Part shown: piece by piece, positions 50,538 through 63,049 of the stretch | Layout: the number at the start of each line of letters is the position of its first letter | Numbering within the stretch: the first letter of the stretch is position 1 | DNA from: Haplodiscus bocki | Lineage: Eukaryota | Reading direction: 5' to 3' | Assembly (NCBI GenBank): GCA_965655095.1 | Contig: OZ296651.1 | Span: forward strand, 49,104,001-49,168,000 | Length of the DNA stretch: 64,000 nucleotides | Made by a program: the position numbers and the translations under genes | The notes under the pieces: model-generated | Database searches by the model: none | The model's input: only the letters and a program-made list of their open reading frames with translations | What the model was told of the DNA's origin: nothing

Positions 50538-51575
50538 CAAGAAGACGGCCGGCTGTCAGCGGCATATTTGGCGCCGTCCCACTTTTGTAAAGAGGGTTTT
50601 CAAAAAGATGAAAGCCTTTTTTATCTCGGAAAAACACTCTTTCTTGGTCATGGTTTCTAAGTTTTCAAACGTTGAAAGTTCTCTGAAGCTTTGCAAAAAA
50701 ACCTCAAAATTAAGCGGGAAAGAACTTTTAAGAGATAAAACCATTTTAAACGCATTTTACAGCAACGTTGCCACCTTTAGCGATTTTGAAATTATTTCAA
50801 GTTTTTTCCCAAAACCCAATCTTTTTTGACAAAAGACTCAAATTTTGTACGTTTTGAGCAATCTTAGTTTTTAACCTCAGCAACATTGGCAGTTCCGGCA
50901 TTCTTGGCAACCGCGGTAATCTCGGCAAACTTGGTAATCTCTGCATTATTGGCAATCTTGGCAACGTTGGCACTCTTGGCATTCTTGGCATTCTTGTACT
51001 TTTTAGCGCTTTTGGCATTCTTTTGCTTCTTGTCATGCTTGGAATTTTTGGCATTTCCGGTATTTTTGGCATTCTTGGCATTTTTGGCAAAATTGGCATT
51101 CGTGGCCTTTTTGGCATTTTTGGCATTTTTGGGATTCTCGGAATTTTTGGGATTCTTGGCTTTTTTGGCATTATGGGCAGTTTTGACATTTTTGGCATTT
51201 TGTTATTCTTGGAATTTCTGGCATGCTTAGCGTTTTCGGCAGTTTCGGTATTTTGAGCAATTTTGGCATTCTCAGCAGTTTTGGCACTTTTGGTATTTCT
51301 GGCATTCTTAGCATTTTTGGCATTTTTGACATTTTTGGCATTCTTGACTTGATTGGAATCTTTGGCATTCTTGGTAAATTTATCTTTTTAGGCAATAATG
51401 GCATTTTTGGCAAACTTGGCACTTTTGGCATTTTCGGCATTTTTTGCAAAAAATTTCAAGCGAGCCAACACCGTTCTCGCGGGAGCTTAATTGGCAAACA
51501 TCGGGTGAAAAAACTCACCCATTGGAGTAGAAAATTTTGTTTTCCATATTCTGAAGAATTTGACGAAAAATAGCA
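50538..51575 (-). mobile_element. Non-autonomous Helitron/Helentron-like element, copy B, carrying an expanded 9-bp minisatellite
   Basis: Both arms match copy A (1940-2448) in reverse orientation. The centre is replaced by ~560 bp of tandem repeat. Confidence 0.65.
50886..51446. repeat. 9-bp minisatellite, consensus GGCATT(C/T)TT, about 62 units
   Basis: Directly visible. Produces periodic ORFs (MPK/MPR)n, (GIF/GIL)n and (AFL)n. Confidence 0.95.
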
Positions 51576-52099
51576 ATTCAGCTGAGGAAAGAACGGTAGC
51601 AATTTGCATAGCTTTTGTAGCGATGCAGTGCAAGCACCACTCTCGAATATATTGACAAACTAAAATTGATAACTGAACTTCCAATAATTAGATGAATTTT
51701 CCACGGGGCATGTTTATTATGTTTTTTTGGCAATTCAGGGCTTCAGCGTGGCTGAATTCAGTGCTCAATGTTCAGCATTTCATTGAATTTCGTTTTGTAG
51801 CCGTTTTTTTGTGGTTGGGCTTGCAGTTCAATTCAGTCAAATTTCAGCTGCCTAATATCAGTTTCAATTTTTGTGTTGTAGTACGGTAACTCGTGTTCTG
51901 TTGTTGGTAGGTTGAGCAGGTTGTCCATTGACTTGGGCAGTTTCCTGTCCACTTTCACTGTTGGAATATTCGCACATCATGGTAGGTTGGCATGGATTGT
52001 GATAGTTTCTCAAGTTATCTAGTTATCCGTTTACCACATTGCATGGTAATTAGGCAGACTCTATATCCGTTAACAGTTTTCAAACCTGCCACAGTTATA

Positions 52100-54350
52100 G
52101 CATCCATGAAGTTACATTTAACTTCAATTTAGGCGCACTGAAGTTTTATTCAAAACTTGAGTCTTATTCAAAAACCCAGAATCTTTACCCTAACTTTCAA
52201 TGGAAGCTGGACCTGTTCTGTGGCACCAACTTCTACCAAACCCATAAATTTTCCCAGATATAAAGTTGTGAGACTTTAGGAAATTTTTTTCTGTTGCGAA
52301 AATTTCATGGCCTACACTGCTAGAGTTGGTCTTTTGTGACTAGCGAAGCTTCAATAAACCTTTTTGAGACTGCCAAATAATCTGCTCCTGCATTCATTTA
52401 TGGGCCAAGACTTCATCCATTTGAAGTAGAAGTACAAACAGGCCTCATTAAACTGTGAAAATTGTTTGTCGGGGTGCAGATAAGAGAGCCATTTTTAGCA
52501 AAAGACAGTCTTATAGGGTTAAAAGTTCGAATAGTAGGCCTGTTTCATAATATGCCAGAAGTTCATGGTTCAGAAAGGCCAAGTAAGACGGTTCTCTAAC
52601 TTTTCTCGTACTTTGTTGACCATTTTCAAATTTTTATCGGAAGTTGTTTGAGGAAGTATGGACATAGCAGCGGAATTTGAATGTAGAGAGGGGAAAAACA
52701 GTTTTTATTTTCATCTGGAAAGCAAACAAACTGCTCGATAGGCTTTGACGTTGCTGTAGAACAGCGAAAGTAAAACGAAAAATTGTATGAAAAGGGAACT
52801 TAACTTGTTGTCGTATGTATAGCAGTAGTTCACAATTGCTGACGTAATGGATACTGTCCTGAAAAACTTAGAATTGTTTCTTGACTTATTGACGACTTTC
52901 ATTCTGAGTTTGGATAAAATGCTTTCGGACTTCATGAAGGAGGGCTGAGTCCCTTGAGACACGGAGAAGATTTTGTCGCTTGCGTTTAGGAAGTTTTTTC
53001 AATTGGATGCCAATGGCTAATGCATATTATCCTAACTTCCCGGTAGTGCTCCTTTGGATCTTTGTTTTCTCATGATATTGATACACTCCAGGAAAAAGTA
53101 TATTTCTTGTTTTAACTTGTTCAAATCATTGCTAGCGAAGTAAACTTTTTTTGTTTGTTTAAAACGCCAGTTTTCCTTAAAGAAGCTTTCGCAAGCACTT
53201 GCGAAATCGTTCCCGTTTTAATTAAAATCCAGTTCTTTTGCTAGTTTGTTTAGGATTCCAGTTAGTTGAAATTTAACCTTTAGCTAAGGGAATATGAGAT
53301 GGGCGTTTATGAAATTTTATGGCCAAAGTATTTTTGTCTGTTCGTTCAAAACTACATCTCGCTAAAAACTACCTTTGTCTTCCGCCGTAAATACTGGTAA
53401 AAACAAGAAGAGTAGAATCACTGTCAAAAATTTCTCGAAAATTGCCTTTGTTGCGTTGTGTGCGGACACCATCCTTGAAAGTTGTATTGCTAGAACAACG
53501 GTATGGCGAGGTTCCAACAGGCTAAGTGTCTCTCTGCATCGTGGTCCACAGTGTCCAGTTGCGAGTTTCAGCAGTCCCCCGTTACTGGTTATGGACTGGA
53601 ATCGTGTTCCTGTTTTTCTTCAGTACTCTGTTGGTTTTCTTTGAAGGCAAGGGTGCAGAGAAAGCATGGAAAAGTCATGAAAGCTGCTGTTTTCATGGGT
53701 AATTCTGTCGCCAAGCCGTTGAAAGTTCATTGAGAGCTAGGGCAATTCCCTTGTTTAATTTGTTCTCCTTCTGCATTCAGAATAATACCTCTGTAAATGT
53801 ACACTTTGCGTTAGAAGAGTTGAATTGTTTTTTATACTGGATACCTATATCTTTGCGTTCAAAAACGAGTTTCTGATTGGAACTTGAATTAACTTGTTTT
53901 TCTATTGACAATCAATTGGCAGCAAGTCGATGAACATTTCTTTCTTTCTTTGACTATTTTTCATGTAAGTCATGAAGATATCAGTCAGTTTTACTATTTT
54001 TCAGAGATCCGATAGACCAAAAACTTTTTTTATCAGATCTTTGTTGTAATGATCATGGAGAAGTGGTTCCAGTTCCATTTGATGAATCTGCTAAGTTGGA
54101 AGATGTCATAGTTGTTTGCATTGTTGCTTGTTCATTGAACTTTTCTACTACTATGCCATAAAATCAGGAACTGCGAAAGCGAAGAAGCGGAAATGACAAA
54201 GAAGCTTTCGATTGGTATTTTGGTTAACTATTTAGTTTCGTCCGAGGCAAACCTACCAAACGCTCCCTTATGACAAAGAAGAAGTTCACAGCTCGATGGA
54301 GAGTGCAGTCGCTATAAACATTAGTTTTAAAATTTTTCTATCACTTCCGT
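52100..54350 (-). mobile_element. Decayed CR1/L2-type LINE ORF2
   Basis: Minus-strand 'ILKLMF' (APE start, ~54320), 'SRMVSA...KAIFEKFL' (RP.SL...K.FEK), 'DFASACES' (DF.KAFD), 'VSQG' and 'YTYDNKL' (YADDTKL-like), in order. Confidence 0.6.
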
Positions 54351-55417
54351 GTAACTGTAGACTCCTTCGAGCTTATAGGTTTTGGTGATAGGCAGTGCGT
54401 TAAGGTGAAGGTTAAGACTTGTGACGTCAGAAGTTGTCACTTTGTGCGACCGTAGATTTGCTTAGGTTTATTTCAGGACCTTCAAATCTTTGTGCATTGT
54501 CTTTGGGAACGGAACTCAAAAAAACCTATCATTCAGCGCAACATTTGGGAGCACAGTACAGGATAGTGTGGAGTCTTTCTTAAATTTATAGTCTTTGCAG
54601 GCTCATTATAATCAAAACTGATGGATTAGGTTAGTAGTATCGCAGTCTTGGTGAGATTTAGCAGAGATTAACAATGATTAAGCTGTTCTGTTCAAAACCA
54701 TTGTGAGGCACAGACTTCAGCCAACCAATAGCAGGTAGTTTTGTACGCAAATTTTTTGTCTTCAGGAGCTCCGCAGGGTCAAAATTTCTTCATATGTTTT
54801 GCTTGGAAAAAAATTTCTGCTTTTTCTTGCTTTCTGCAACAAATAAGGAAGGTAATGGTCTTCTGCGAGACCCGATCTTGTTGCAATGATTTTGATTTTT
54901 GTGCTGACCTAAATGGTTCGAAAAAAATCCTTTGCGTTGTTTTAGAGTTCGCACTAGAACAATGTGTGGATTTGCCAATTTTTGAGTTTTCAGCAGTTTC
55001 TAGTAGTAAAAGACTGTTCTGTGTTCTTTACTTAAAGACTTGTCTCTCTCAGTACCTGGAAAGAGCTTCTGATTTCATCTGTTTTTTCAAACGAGAGCTT
55101 TTTCGTAAAAGATCATAGAAAATGATAAGGTGTTCCTTCAGATTCAGGATGAGACTCTGGAAGAGTTTTAGTAAACCTATTAGTCGTTTAACTTGCTTCA
55201 CTGAATTTGCAACTTCCATTGGTACTGGGAACTTTTTGATTTTGTCATATTCAAATTCTAGGCCTGGTTTGCTGCGGTATTTCCGAGGAAACTAACGTTC
55301 TTTCTCCCAATGTTGCAATTATCCGGTGATAGTTTGAGCCCTCTTCTAAGAAAGCTTTTGAAGAATGGTCGTAAATTAGTTACATCTGGTTCAACTGATT
55401 CCACTTCGCATACAATA

Positions 55418-55617
55418 NNNNNNNNNNNNNNNNNNNNNNNNNNNNNNNNNNNNNNNNNNNNNNNNNNNNNNNNNNNNNNNNNNNNNNNNNNNNNNNNNNN
55501 NNNNNNNNNNNNNNNNNNNNNNNNNNNNNNNNNNNNNNNNNNNNNNNNNNNNNNNNNNNNNNNNNNNNNNNNNNNNNNNNNNNNNNNNNNNNNNNNNNNN
55601 NNNNNNNNNNNNNNNNN
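55418..55617. other. Run of N (200 nt)
   Basis: Directly visible. Confidence 0.99.
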
Positions 55618-57339
55618 AAGACTTGAATCGCGTTGAAACTGGCTAATTTTCCAAAAAATTTGCGGAAATTCGCTTTTTTTGCACTAGTTTGCCCCTGACC
55701 TAGCCTTTTTTGTTGCAAAGTTGTAGAATTGAGGAAAAGAGTTCTCGTTCATTTTTTGAGATAGCTTTAGATAGGTGGCTGTTTTGTGGACAAAATTAGA
55801 GACTAATTGTTTCCGAACATCGAGCTCCAGATACAAGTAATTTGAACCTTCATAAATGAAATCACTGAAACCGTTTCTTACAATTTATTCACGGACTTAA
55901 TTCAGAAATACTTTAAAATGGTGCAATTCTCGGACGCTTCTGATTGTCCAAAATTTACATTGAATCGCGTCCACAAATTACTGTAGGTACTGTGTATATG
56001 TCACCGCAAAGGTCAGCATTTTTGGAGCATCACATTTTCAATAGCTTATGCAAGGAAGTTTTTTGGAAAACTCTACAAATCTGAAAAGCCGGGAAGTGCC
56101 GAAGTTGGCACCGCACGTAAGATTACAGATTCACGGGATTTTTGAAAAGCTTTGGCTTTACGAAAAGAATTGGTATATCGGTTTTCGGTTTTTCTAGTAA
56201 AATTGTTGTTTCCCAGCGCCAAACCATTTGGAAAGGGACACTTCGGAACAATAAATACAGCTTGACGAAGTGATTGCTTCAAACTTTTTAGTATATGTGA
56301 AAGTGGAATCACGAAAAATATTTTCGGCCCCTTTCTTGGCAAAACATGACGGAGAGTATCATTGTAAGATTTACAGTGTCCAAAAATTGTAAAATTGTTC
56401 AGATAATTGTAATCCACTTGAAAAGTCTGGAAGAGCAACCATTTTAGAGTCAGATATATTGATAATGGCCGAAAACAATTAGAAGACACAATAACATTGG
56501 GCAAAATAACATAGGAGATGTTTTGAGAGCAGATAGTACCACTGGGTCAAATATTACAGAGAAAACTACTCCAGGAGTCAAAAATTATACAGTTTGAGGG
56601 AACATAAGTCAGTCAGGTGTGCTTGGGTTTTTATACAAAATGCCTTTGAAAATATTCAAATAACACAAGTACCAACCACTGTGCTCGCAAATGTCTTGCA
56701 CTTTGAGAACATAGTCACAACTGAATACCTTTGGTGTAAGATCACAATCTGGAAATATGTTTCTCAGAGGCATTTTTTGGTCTCCCAATTTCGGATATTA
56801 TTTGAATTATTCGATTTCATTAATATACGATAAATCTTATTCGATACTACAGAAATTTGATGAAACAAGTTGACAATTTTGCTTGATTAGTCTATAAAAT
56901 TAAATTTCACACTGACTTCTAAGTTTTCTTTTGGCAATCATCCAAGAGGGTCAATTAATTTAATCACATCACTGTATTTGTCCAGTCTGACCATTCATTT
57001 CCATCATGTATTCATCTTTCTAATCTTTTTCCAGAATTGGATTTTTGAGACTAAATTTTTAATTTTTTTTTATTTTAACATATGCGATAACGTGAGGTTG
57101 TTTGTGTTACATATCCTTTGTTTGTCAAGATTCTTTGAACACATTTCGGAGTTGACACATACAGTGGTTTCGCTTAAAAAATGAAAATCTGTAAAAATCT
57201 TCCACGGCACAAACAAGCCGGAAGTCCTTGTGAATCTCTTCTAAGATTGATTATGTCGATCCTTAAAGAGTCTTTGAAGATCTTTGCATGAAACATGAGG
57301 ATAAATCACTTGCATGAAACATGAGGATAACTCACTTAC

Positions 57340-57567
57340 AGTTCTGGTGACGTCAGAAGTAGCTCTTGCATGTGTTCTGTCTGGTTTGTTGTAGCCGATT
57401 GAGTCCAACTTGCGGATCTTGTCGACCAGATCAACCGACACTCTGTTCTCTTGGTTCTCCGACTTCTTCTTCATCTTGTTGCCCTCTATCACCGCTTTGG
57501 CTTCCTCCAAAACTTTATTCTGGTCAGATTTCAGCTTTTGAGCTGTTTCTGGATCTTTATTTAAATT
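57340..57567 (-). CDS. Probable internal coding exon of host gene (NLNKDPETAQKLKSDQNKVLEEAKAVIEG...ATSDVTRT)
   Basis: Acceptor CTCTGTTTAG, perfect donor GTAAGT, 228-nt stop-free phase 0/0 frame with charged helical composition. Confidence 0.75.
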
Positions 57568-57700
57568 CTAAACAGAGCTGAAATCTTAAAACTTCAATTA
57601 TGTGTTTAGTCGTGTTTTTTAGCTTCCCTCATTAAAGCATGTTGCGCCCAGTTTTTTTTCGAGCGTCTCAAAACCTTTGATTGATTCACAAACAACATAC

Positions 57701-57819
57701 GTAGTAATCCTTCTTGAATTTTCCTCCAACCCCAGTGATGAGTCGGCCATCTTTGTCTTTGATTGGTGCCCCTCCCCCGCTTCTCCCAAATTGAAGGAAA
57801 TCCGTCACTGCGTCTTCCG
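57701..57819 (-). CDS. Probable coding exon with CSPP1-like motif (EDAVTDFLQFGRSGGGAPIKDKDGRLITGVGGKFKKDYY); 5' boundary uncertain
   Basis: Donor TAC|GTATGT in phase with the next exon across a 133-nt intron. Candidate acceptor TTTGCAG. Motif resembles the 'PWGKGGGGAPLRD.KGNLIT' segment I recall from CSPP1-family proteins. Confidence 0.7.
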
Positions 57820-58183
57820 CTGCAAACATATCGTCACATCCATGAAGATAACTTCTCAAAAATGCAAAAACGATCCCGTACTGAGATAACACGCATGACT
57901 ACACAATTCCCACATTGGCCGTGCATGACAATGGATGAACCATGCATGGCCCCTGCATGAGAAAGCTACTGATTCAGAATTTGCAGAAAAAGTTAAGTAT
58001 ACAACGCAAGTCGTTGAACACGTTTCTATCATTCAAATTTTCAAAGAAAACAAAGTAAGCCAAATTTCAATTATCCAAAAATTCCGTCGACCTCCTTTGT
58101 GACACTTTTCTGAGTTCCATACTCATGGATGAGGACTTCCCTCATTTTCGTAATTTTGAGTTATTTCAGGTCACGATCTACAA

Positions 58184-58252
58184 TTTCTGATAGCTCGATT
58201 TCCTGATAGCTCGGTTTCCTGATAGCTCGGTTTCCTGATAGCTCGGTTTCCT
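58184..58252. repeat. 16-bp tandem repeat TTTCCTGATAGCTCGG, about 4.3 copies
   Basis: Three perfect copies, one degenerate copy and a partial copy. Confidence 0.95.
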
Positions 58253-59099
58253 AAAGATCTCGTAAAGTTTTTGAAAGACCTTGCACTGGAAAATGTTTAC
58301 ATCTTGTTCCCGTTTTAGCTATTAGATCTTATTCGCTTTGATAGATGATTTCATTACATGTCTCATCAGTCTCTTCTGTTATTTTGGGCCTCCATATTTT
58401 ACATGGTAAAGAAAATTCTTCAATGGCTAGTGTCATGTTTCTTTTTCTTTTTCTCAAACACGTTTTGCCAATTTAAAATTTAACCACTTCTGAGAATATG
58501 TTCACTTCTAAAGAGAATTTATTCACATTTTGTTCATCAATGTCACCCATGATCATCTATTATCAGCTGATTCGTACTCGCAGAATCAATAGAAAATATA
58601 GCAGTTTTTCCCCAAGAAATGTTTTTCTTGCTAGATTTTAGGCGTTTTTTGAAAAAAAAATTGTAATTTTAGTCGTTTTTGGAAACTGAGAGAAAAATTG
58701 CCTTGTTTCTTTTTCTCTCAGATTGCGATATGCAATTAATTAAACAATCAGTTTAGGTTATGTCTAAACTTTGAGTTTTGATGTAATTCATAATTGTTAA
58801 AGGAAGCCAGTGTTATTGGTTACACAACCGCATGAACTGTAAGTTTTATTACATAACTAAAGCCCAGTTTTGGTGATCGTAAACATTCAGAAAATATTGC
58901 TCACTCCTGACACGAATTTGAAAGTTTTGAATACTATGTCTAGCTATACTTCTTGGTTCGTTGTCTAGCTATACTTCTTGGTTCTTGGAATAAAACAGCC
59001 AAAGGAACGCTCTGAGATTTTAATTCAATTTATTCGAATAGATTAGAATAGAGAGCCTGGCGCAGAAAACAAGATATTTTAATTGAAATAATTTTACCT

Positions 59100-61900
59100 A
59101 ATAAATTTAAAATTTTAGTTGAATGAAATCATAACGAACAACCACAAAAATTCATCCCGTACCTAGACGATAAAAGAAGAGCAGGTGCGGAAAAAAACTG
59201 TATAATCACCAAAAATGGTTAAAAAAATTCTAGCAATCAGCCAAAACAAAAGATGGCCCAGATATTTGAGCGTTGATAAAAGAAGAAACAATGACGGAAG
59301 TCGGGTGGGACGGAAAAAGGGCAAAAATCGAACACGAGAAGTAACCCACCATATATCCTGATCCCAATACACAACTGAAGAAAAAACTGTAGGAGTTGAC
59401 ACGTTAAGATAACTGTGCAACCGATACCCCCTACTGCAGTGAAACAAATAGAACACCTGAAATGATTGTTCGCACCAGAATTGAACGCCAGAAAGTCAAT
59501 GGAAAAAACTTATTGATTGAGATAGATATTGGGATTTTCCGCAGTAGAGTACCGAAATAAAAGTGGCAAAACTTACAATAAGTATCGTCAACACAAATTT
59601 CAAAATTAAATTATTAATGGAAGGAAACATTGATATCCCAAAGAGAGTCAAACAAATCCAAGTAAACACATCAGACAAAAGGAACCAAAAAAACAGTACC
59701 CAAAACATTAATCAGAAAAAATCATAATATTAGGAACCATCTTTACACAGACTTGCATAAAATGGAAGCGTTGGTGTACTTCCAGTAAACCAAATACCAG
59801 AAGAAGAAACGGCCGATTCTACAACGCATCAAAATTGAAAAGCAACTACAAGTAACAAACAAGAGAAGCAACACACTGAAATTGTGTTGAGAAAAAAAAT
59901 GGCAAAGCATTTGCATCAGAAGATTTCAGAAAACAATAAGAAATGAAAGCCTGGTTAAAGCTAGGAAAGGGAATTAAATTTATGTTTCCATAGACTGTCT
60001 CACAGCAAAGACCAAGAAAAAAGAAAATCATCTCATGTTTAGGTAGAAACAAATTACAAAAGTTTTTTTATTCCTCCTTCTCATGAAGATTCTTGAAGTT
60101 TCCAGAAAGGAGGTAATGAAATCAACGGAACAGCCGATTTTGTATTGAACAGATGTAGAGAAGTAAACAGGATTAAATCAAAGCTTTGTGAAAAAACTAT
60201 TGTAAAAGACGTGAACGTGAGGATTCAGAAGAAAATACGAGTAAGATTTACCGAACGCACAGATATCAAAGTACTACCAGAAAGTGCCAGGGAGTGTCAT
60301 CTTTAGTAGACGATTCAACATCACTTATGGAAAATATCAACCATAGAAGGGAAATGTCATCAATTGACTTTTCGGGAAAAAACTGAGAAAAAAGAACAAT
60401 GAAATTGAAGCACAATCAAAACCCGGGCAATCATCGAAGAAATGAAAAGCCACAAACATACCATCCCACCTACAAAAGAAGTAGCAGGCACGAATTGAAA
60501 GTGCTTGGGGAAAAAACTTCATGAAAAAAAAGATAGATGATTTTTTTGTTTGTCCGACAGCTTTGCTGTAAAAACAGACAAAGAGACAATCAACAACTAC
60601 TCAATCAAAATTGAGGTTGATTAAATATTGTGGCGTTTTATTGAGATCAAAATTGCCCTACCTGGGAGAACCACAGAATCAAATATTGGACTTTCACGAG
60701 AAAACACGAAAACAAGTTGAAGCAATGTGAATATCGGCAAAAGATTCAGAGTACACAAACGGTCATACGAATTTTTCCATAGAAGGGGAAAAATCATGTA
60801 AGTTTGAAAAAACTGGAACAAATATAAACTGTTGTTACAGGTTCAAGATAGTTTTCTACGGTTCATCCAATATCGCAAAAGTTTTTAGACGTAAAATTAA
60901 TAGAAAAAAGGCCGTCGAAACCGCCAGCATGAATGCACGGTGAAATGTTACTATTCAGAGAGATCAAAAAACACATTTGGAAATATTGCAAGAAATTTCA
61001 AAGAGACTGAAAAACGCCGGATACAATGCAAGTGGATACAAATCCGAATTTTTTCAAAACAAACAACATTTGTGGGCTACGAAAGAATGAATTGGTAAAA
61101 AAGATGAACAAAGAAAACATCAAGGCCTTACTCGAAATTTAACTGCTAATTTCAGTTGGAGAACCAAAATGTTTCTTGGATACTATACAAGTTTTAGCAG
61201 AAGTTCAACCGAGAATCTCGGAAGAAAGCAAAAGTTTGCGGCAATTATAGAAAAAGACACTGAGTGGAATTTTCATGAAGCGTGGGAACAAAAAAGCTTT
61301 CAAAGCAATGAGAAAGAAGATTAATAAAACACGAACATTAACACAATTTGCAAGTGGCCGAGACAAAATTCTAGCAATGAATGCAAGTCGAACCGGACTT
61401 GCAAACATTGTCTGGGATAAAAACGACCGATCACTTTTTCGACCACTAGTATTCAGTAGTAGATGATTAAAAATACATTCATAGAGTCCAAAGAGAACTC
61501 CACTTGGGGAGATAATTGGAAACTTGCCCCAGTCTGGACTTCAGAAAAGCATTGCAACCGTTTTACGGAAGAACTTCATACTTGTACTCGAAGAAACATG
61601 CATTAGAATCAAAAAGGAGATTTATAGGGCGAACAGACAATGCAGCAAGACTGATCAGATAGCCCAATTATATGGCAAATTTTTATATTTTGGAAAATTA
61701 GCAATCATCTGAAAAAAAACCAGCAGAGAAAGCACATCTTCGAAAATTACAACTTATAGTTAATATGATATAGTCAAGATTTTCATTTATAATAACGACC
61801 ACGGATAATTTTGGAGCAATAAAATGGGAGTTAGACCAAGAGCACAATCAATGTTCGCCTTTGCTATTTGTTTAACGGGGAAGACATTTTCCGTTGGGAA
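59100..61900 (+). mobile_element. Decayed Gypsy gag-pol remnant
   Basis: PR-like 'VNGKNLLIEIDIG' (~59495-59535), RT 'CYRFKIVFYG.SNI..VF' (~60830-60890), and RH 'KAFKAMRKKI...QF...LAMNASRTGLA.IVW....FRPLVFSSR' (61275-61466). Confidence 0.75.
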
Positions 61901-61974
61901 AGATGAGGAATCAATTGAAGCAGCGTCTCAGATTAACCCAGTTGATTGCTACACCCGGGTTGACGTCGCAGAGA

Positions 61975-62145
61975 CATTCAGTGCTGATCAGCTTTGATTC
62001 AGAAAACTTTCAGGTCTGTTTCAGCGCTGTTCTGTACCTGAAAATCTGTGAACAGCGCTGATTCAACCCTGGCGTTTTTCATGTTCTCTGAATCAGCGCC
62101 GAAAAACGTCATAACTCTGAAACAGCGCTGTTCAGAGCTGATTAT
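61975..62145. repeat. Cluster of palindromic (T/A)CAGCGCTG(A/T)-like motifs
   Basis: TTCAGTGCTGA, TTCAGCGCTGTT, AACAGCGCTGATT, ATCAGCGCCGA, AACAGCGCTGTT and TCAGAGCTGA all lie within ~170 bp. Confidence 0.7.
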
Positions 62146-62814
62146 CTCTCGGACTTCAACTCGTCCAATAAAAACTGACATAATTCGAATAAGTTTTGGC
62201 CAACTTTACATTCAAATATTCTGTTTGTTCCAAGTTTTCAATTTAAAGCTTCTTCATCAACTGGAATAAGGATTGAGTTCCACGTGATTTCACTGGTGCA
62301 AGGCGGAAAAGCATGTAGAATATTCACAAACCCAATACAAGTCTCCAAATACTTTCTTTGAGAGAATAGCCGAAGCGCATTAAAATTCGGGAAGGTTCCG
62401 GAATTAAATCCGAGAGCCAATTGAATGGCAAAGTTTGGAAGCCACGCAGAAGAAACAAAAAAAGAAAAAAGCAGGTAGCGCAAATTGATCTTCAGTTATT
62501 TTTCAGAGACTTTGATTTCAATACTGCAAAAAAGTGAAAGAGAAGCTACATAACTAACTTGAAGATGTTTTGTACACTAATAGTAATAAAATTATATTCT
62601 CTGTTGAAACTTTCCCAGCGGTGGATTTAAGCGAATACGATGTAGCCGCAAGTACAATCCCTTTTCTTCAAACTAACCAGGTAGTTTAGATTCCGCAAAA
62701 AAAATCAGCGGAAGCCTAAAATTTGAAAATTTGATGAGGGTTTAATTTAAGTTTTTGGTGAAAGTACAGATATTAGGTAGTCCATAATACTTTGGTTCGT
62801 CTAAAATTACTGGA

Positions 62815-63019
62815 NNNNNNNNNNNNNNNNNNNNNNNNNNNNNNNNNNNNNNNNNNNNNNNNNNNNNNNNNNNNNNNNNNNNNNNNNNNNNNNNNNNNNN
62901 NNNNNNNNNNNNNNNNNNNNNNNNNNNNNNNNNNNNNNNNNNNNNNNNNNNNNNNNNNNNNNNNNNNNNNNNNNNNNNNNNNNNNNNNNNNNNNNNNNNN
63001 NNNNNNNNNNNNNNNNNNN
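62815..63019. other. Run of N (205 nt)
   Basis: Directly visible. Confidence 0.99.
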
Positions 63020-63049
63020 GGTTTTGTTCTTTTGTCCGAATATTTCAGT

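Noticed and set aside
51023-51446. Collagen or membrane-protein gene
   Set aside because: The Gly-X-Y and AFL periodicity is fully explained by a 9-bp minisatellite inside a mobile element. It is frameshifted, lacks Pro at X/Y positions and has no evident splice signals.
56073-56504. 143-aa minus-strand ORF near the host exons
   Set aside because: No recognisable motif and no convincing splice signals, so it cannot be supported as an exon.
58184-58252. CRISPR-like array
   Set aside because: Head-to-tail 16-mers with no spacers, in a eukaryotic context with no cas genes.
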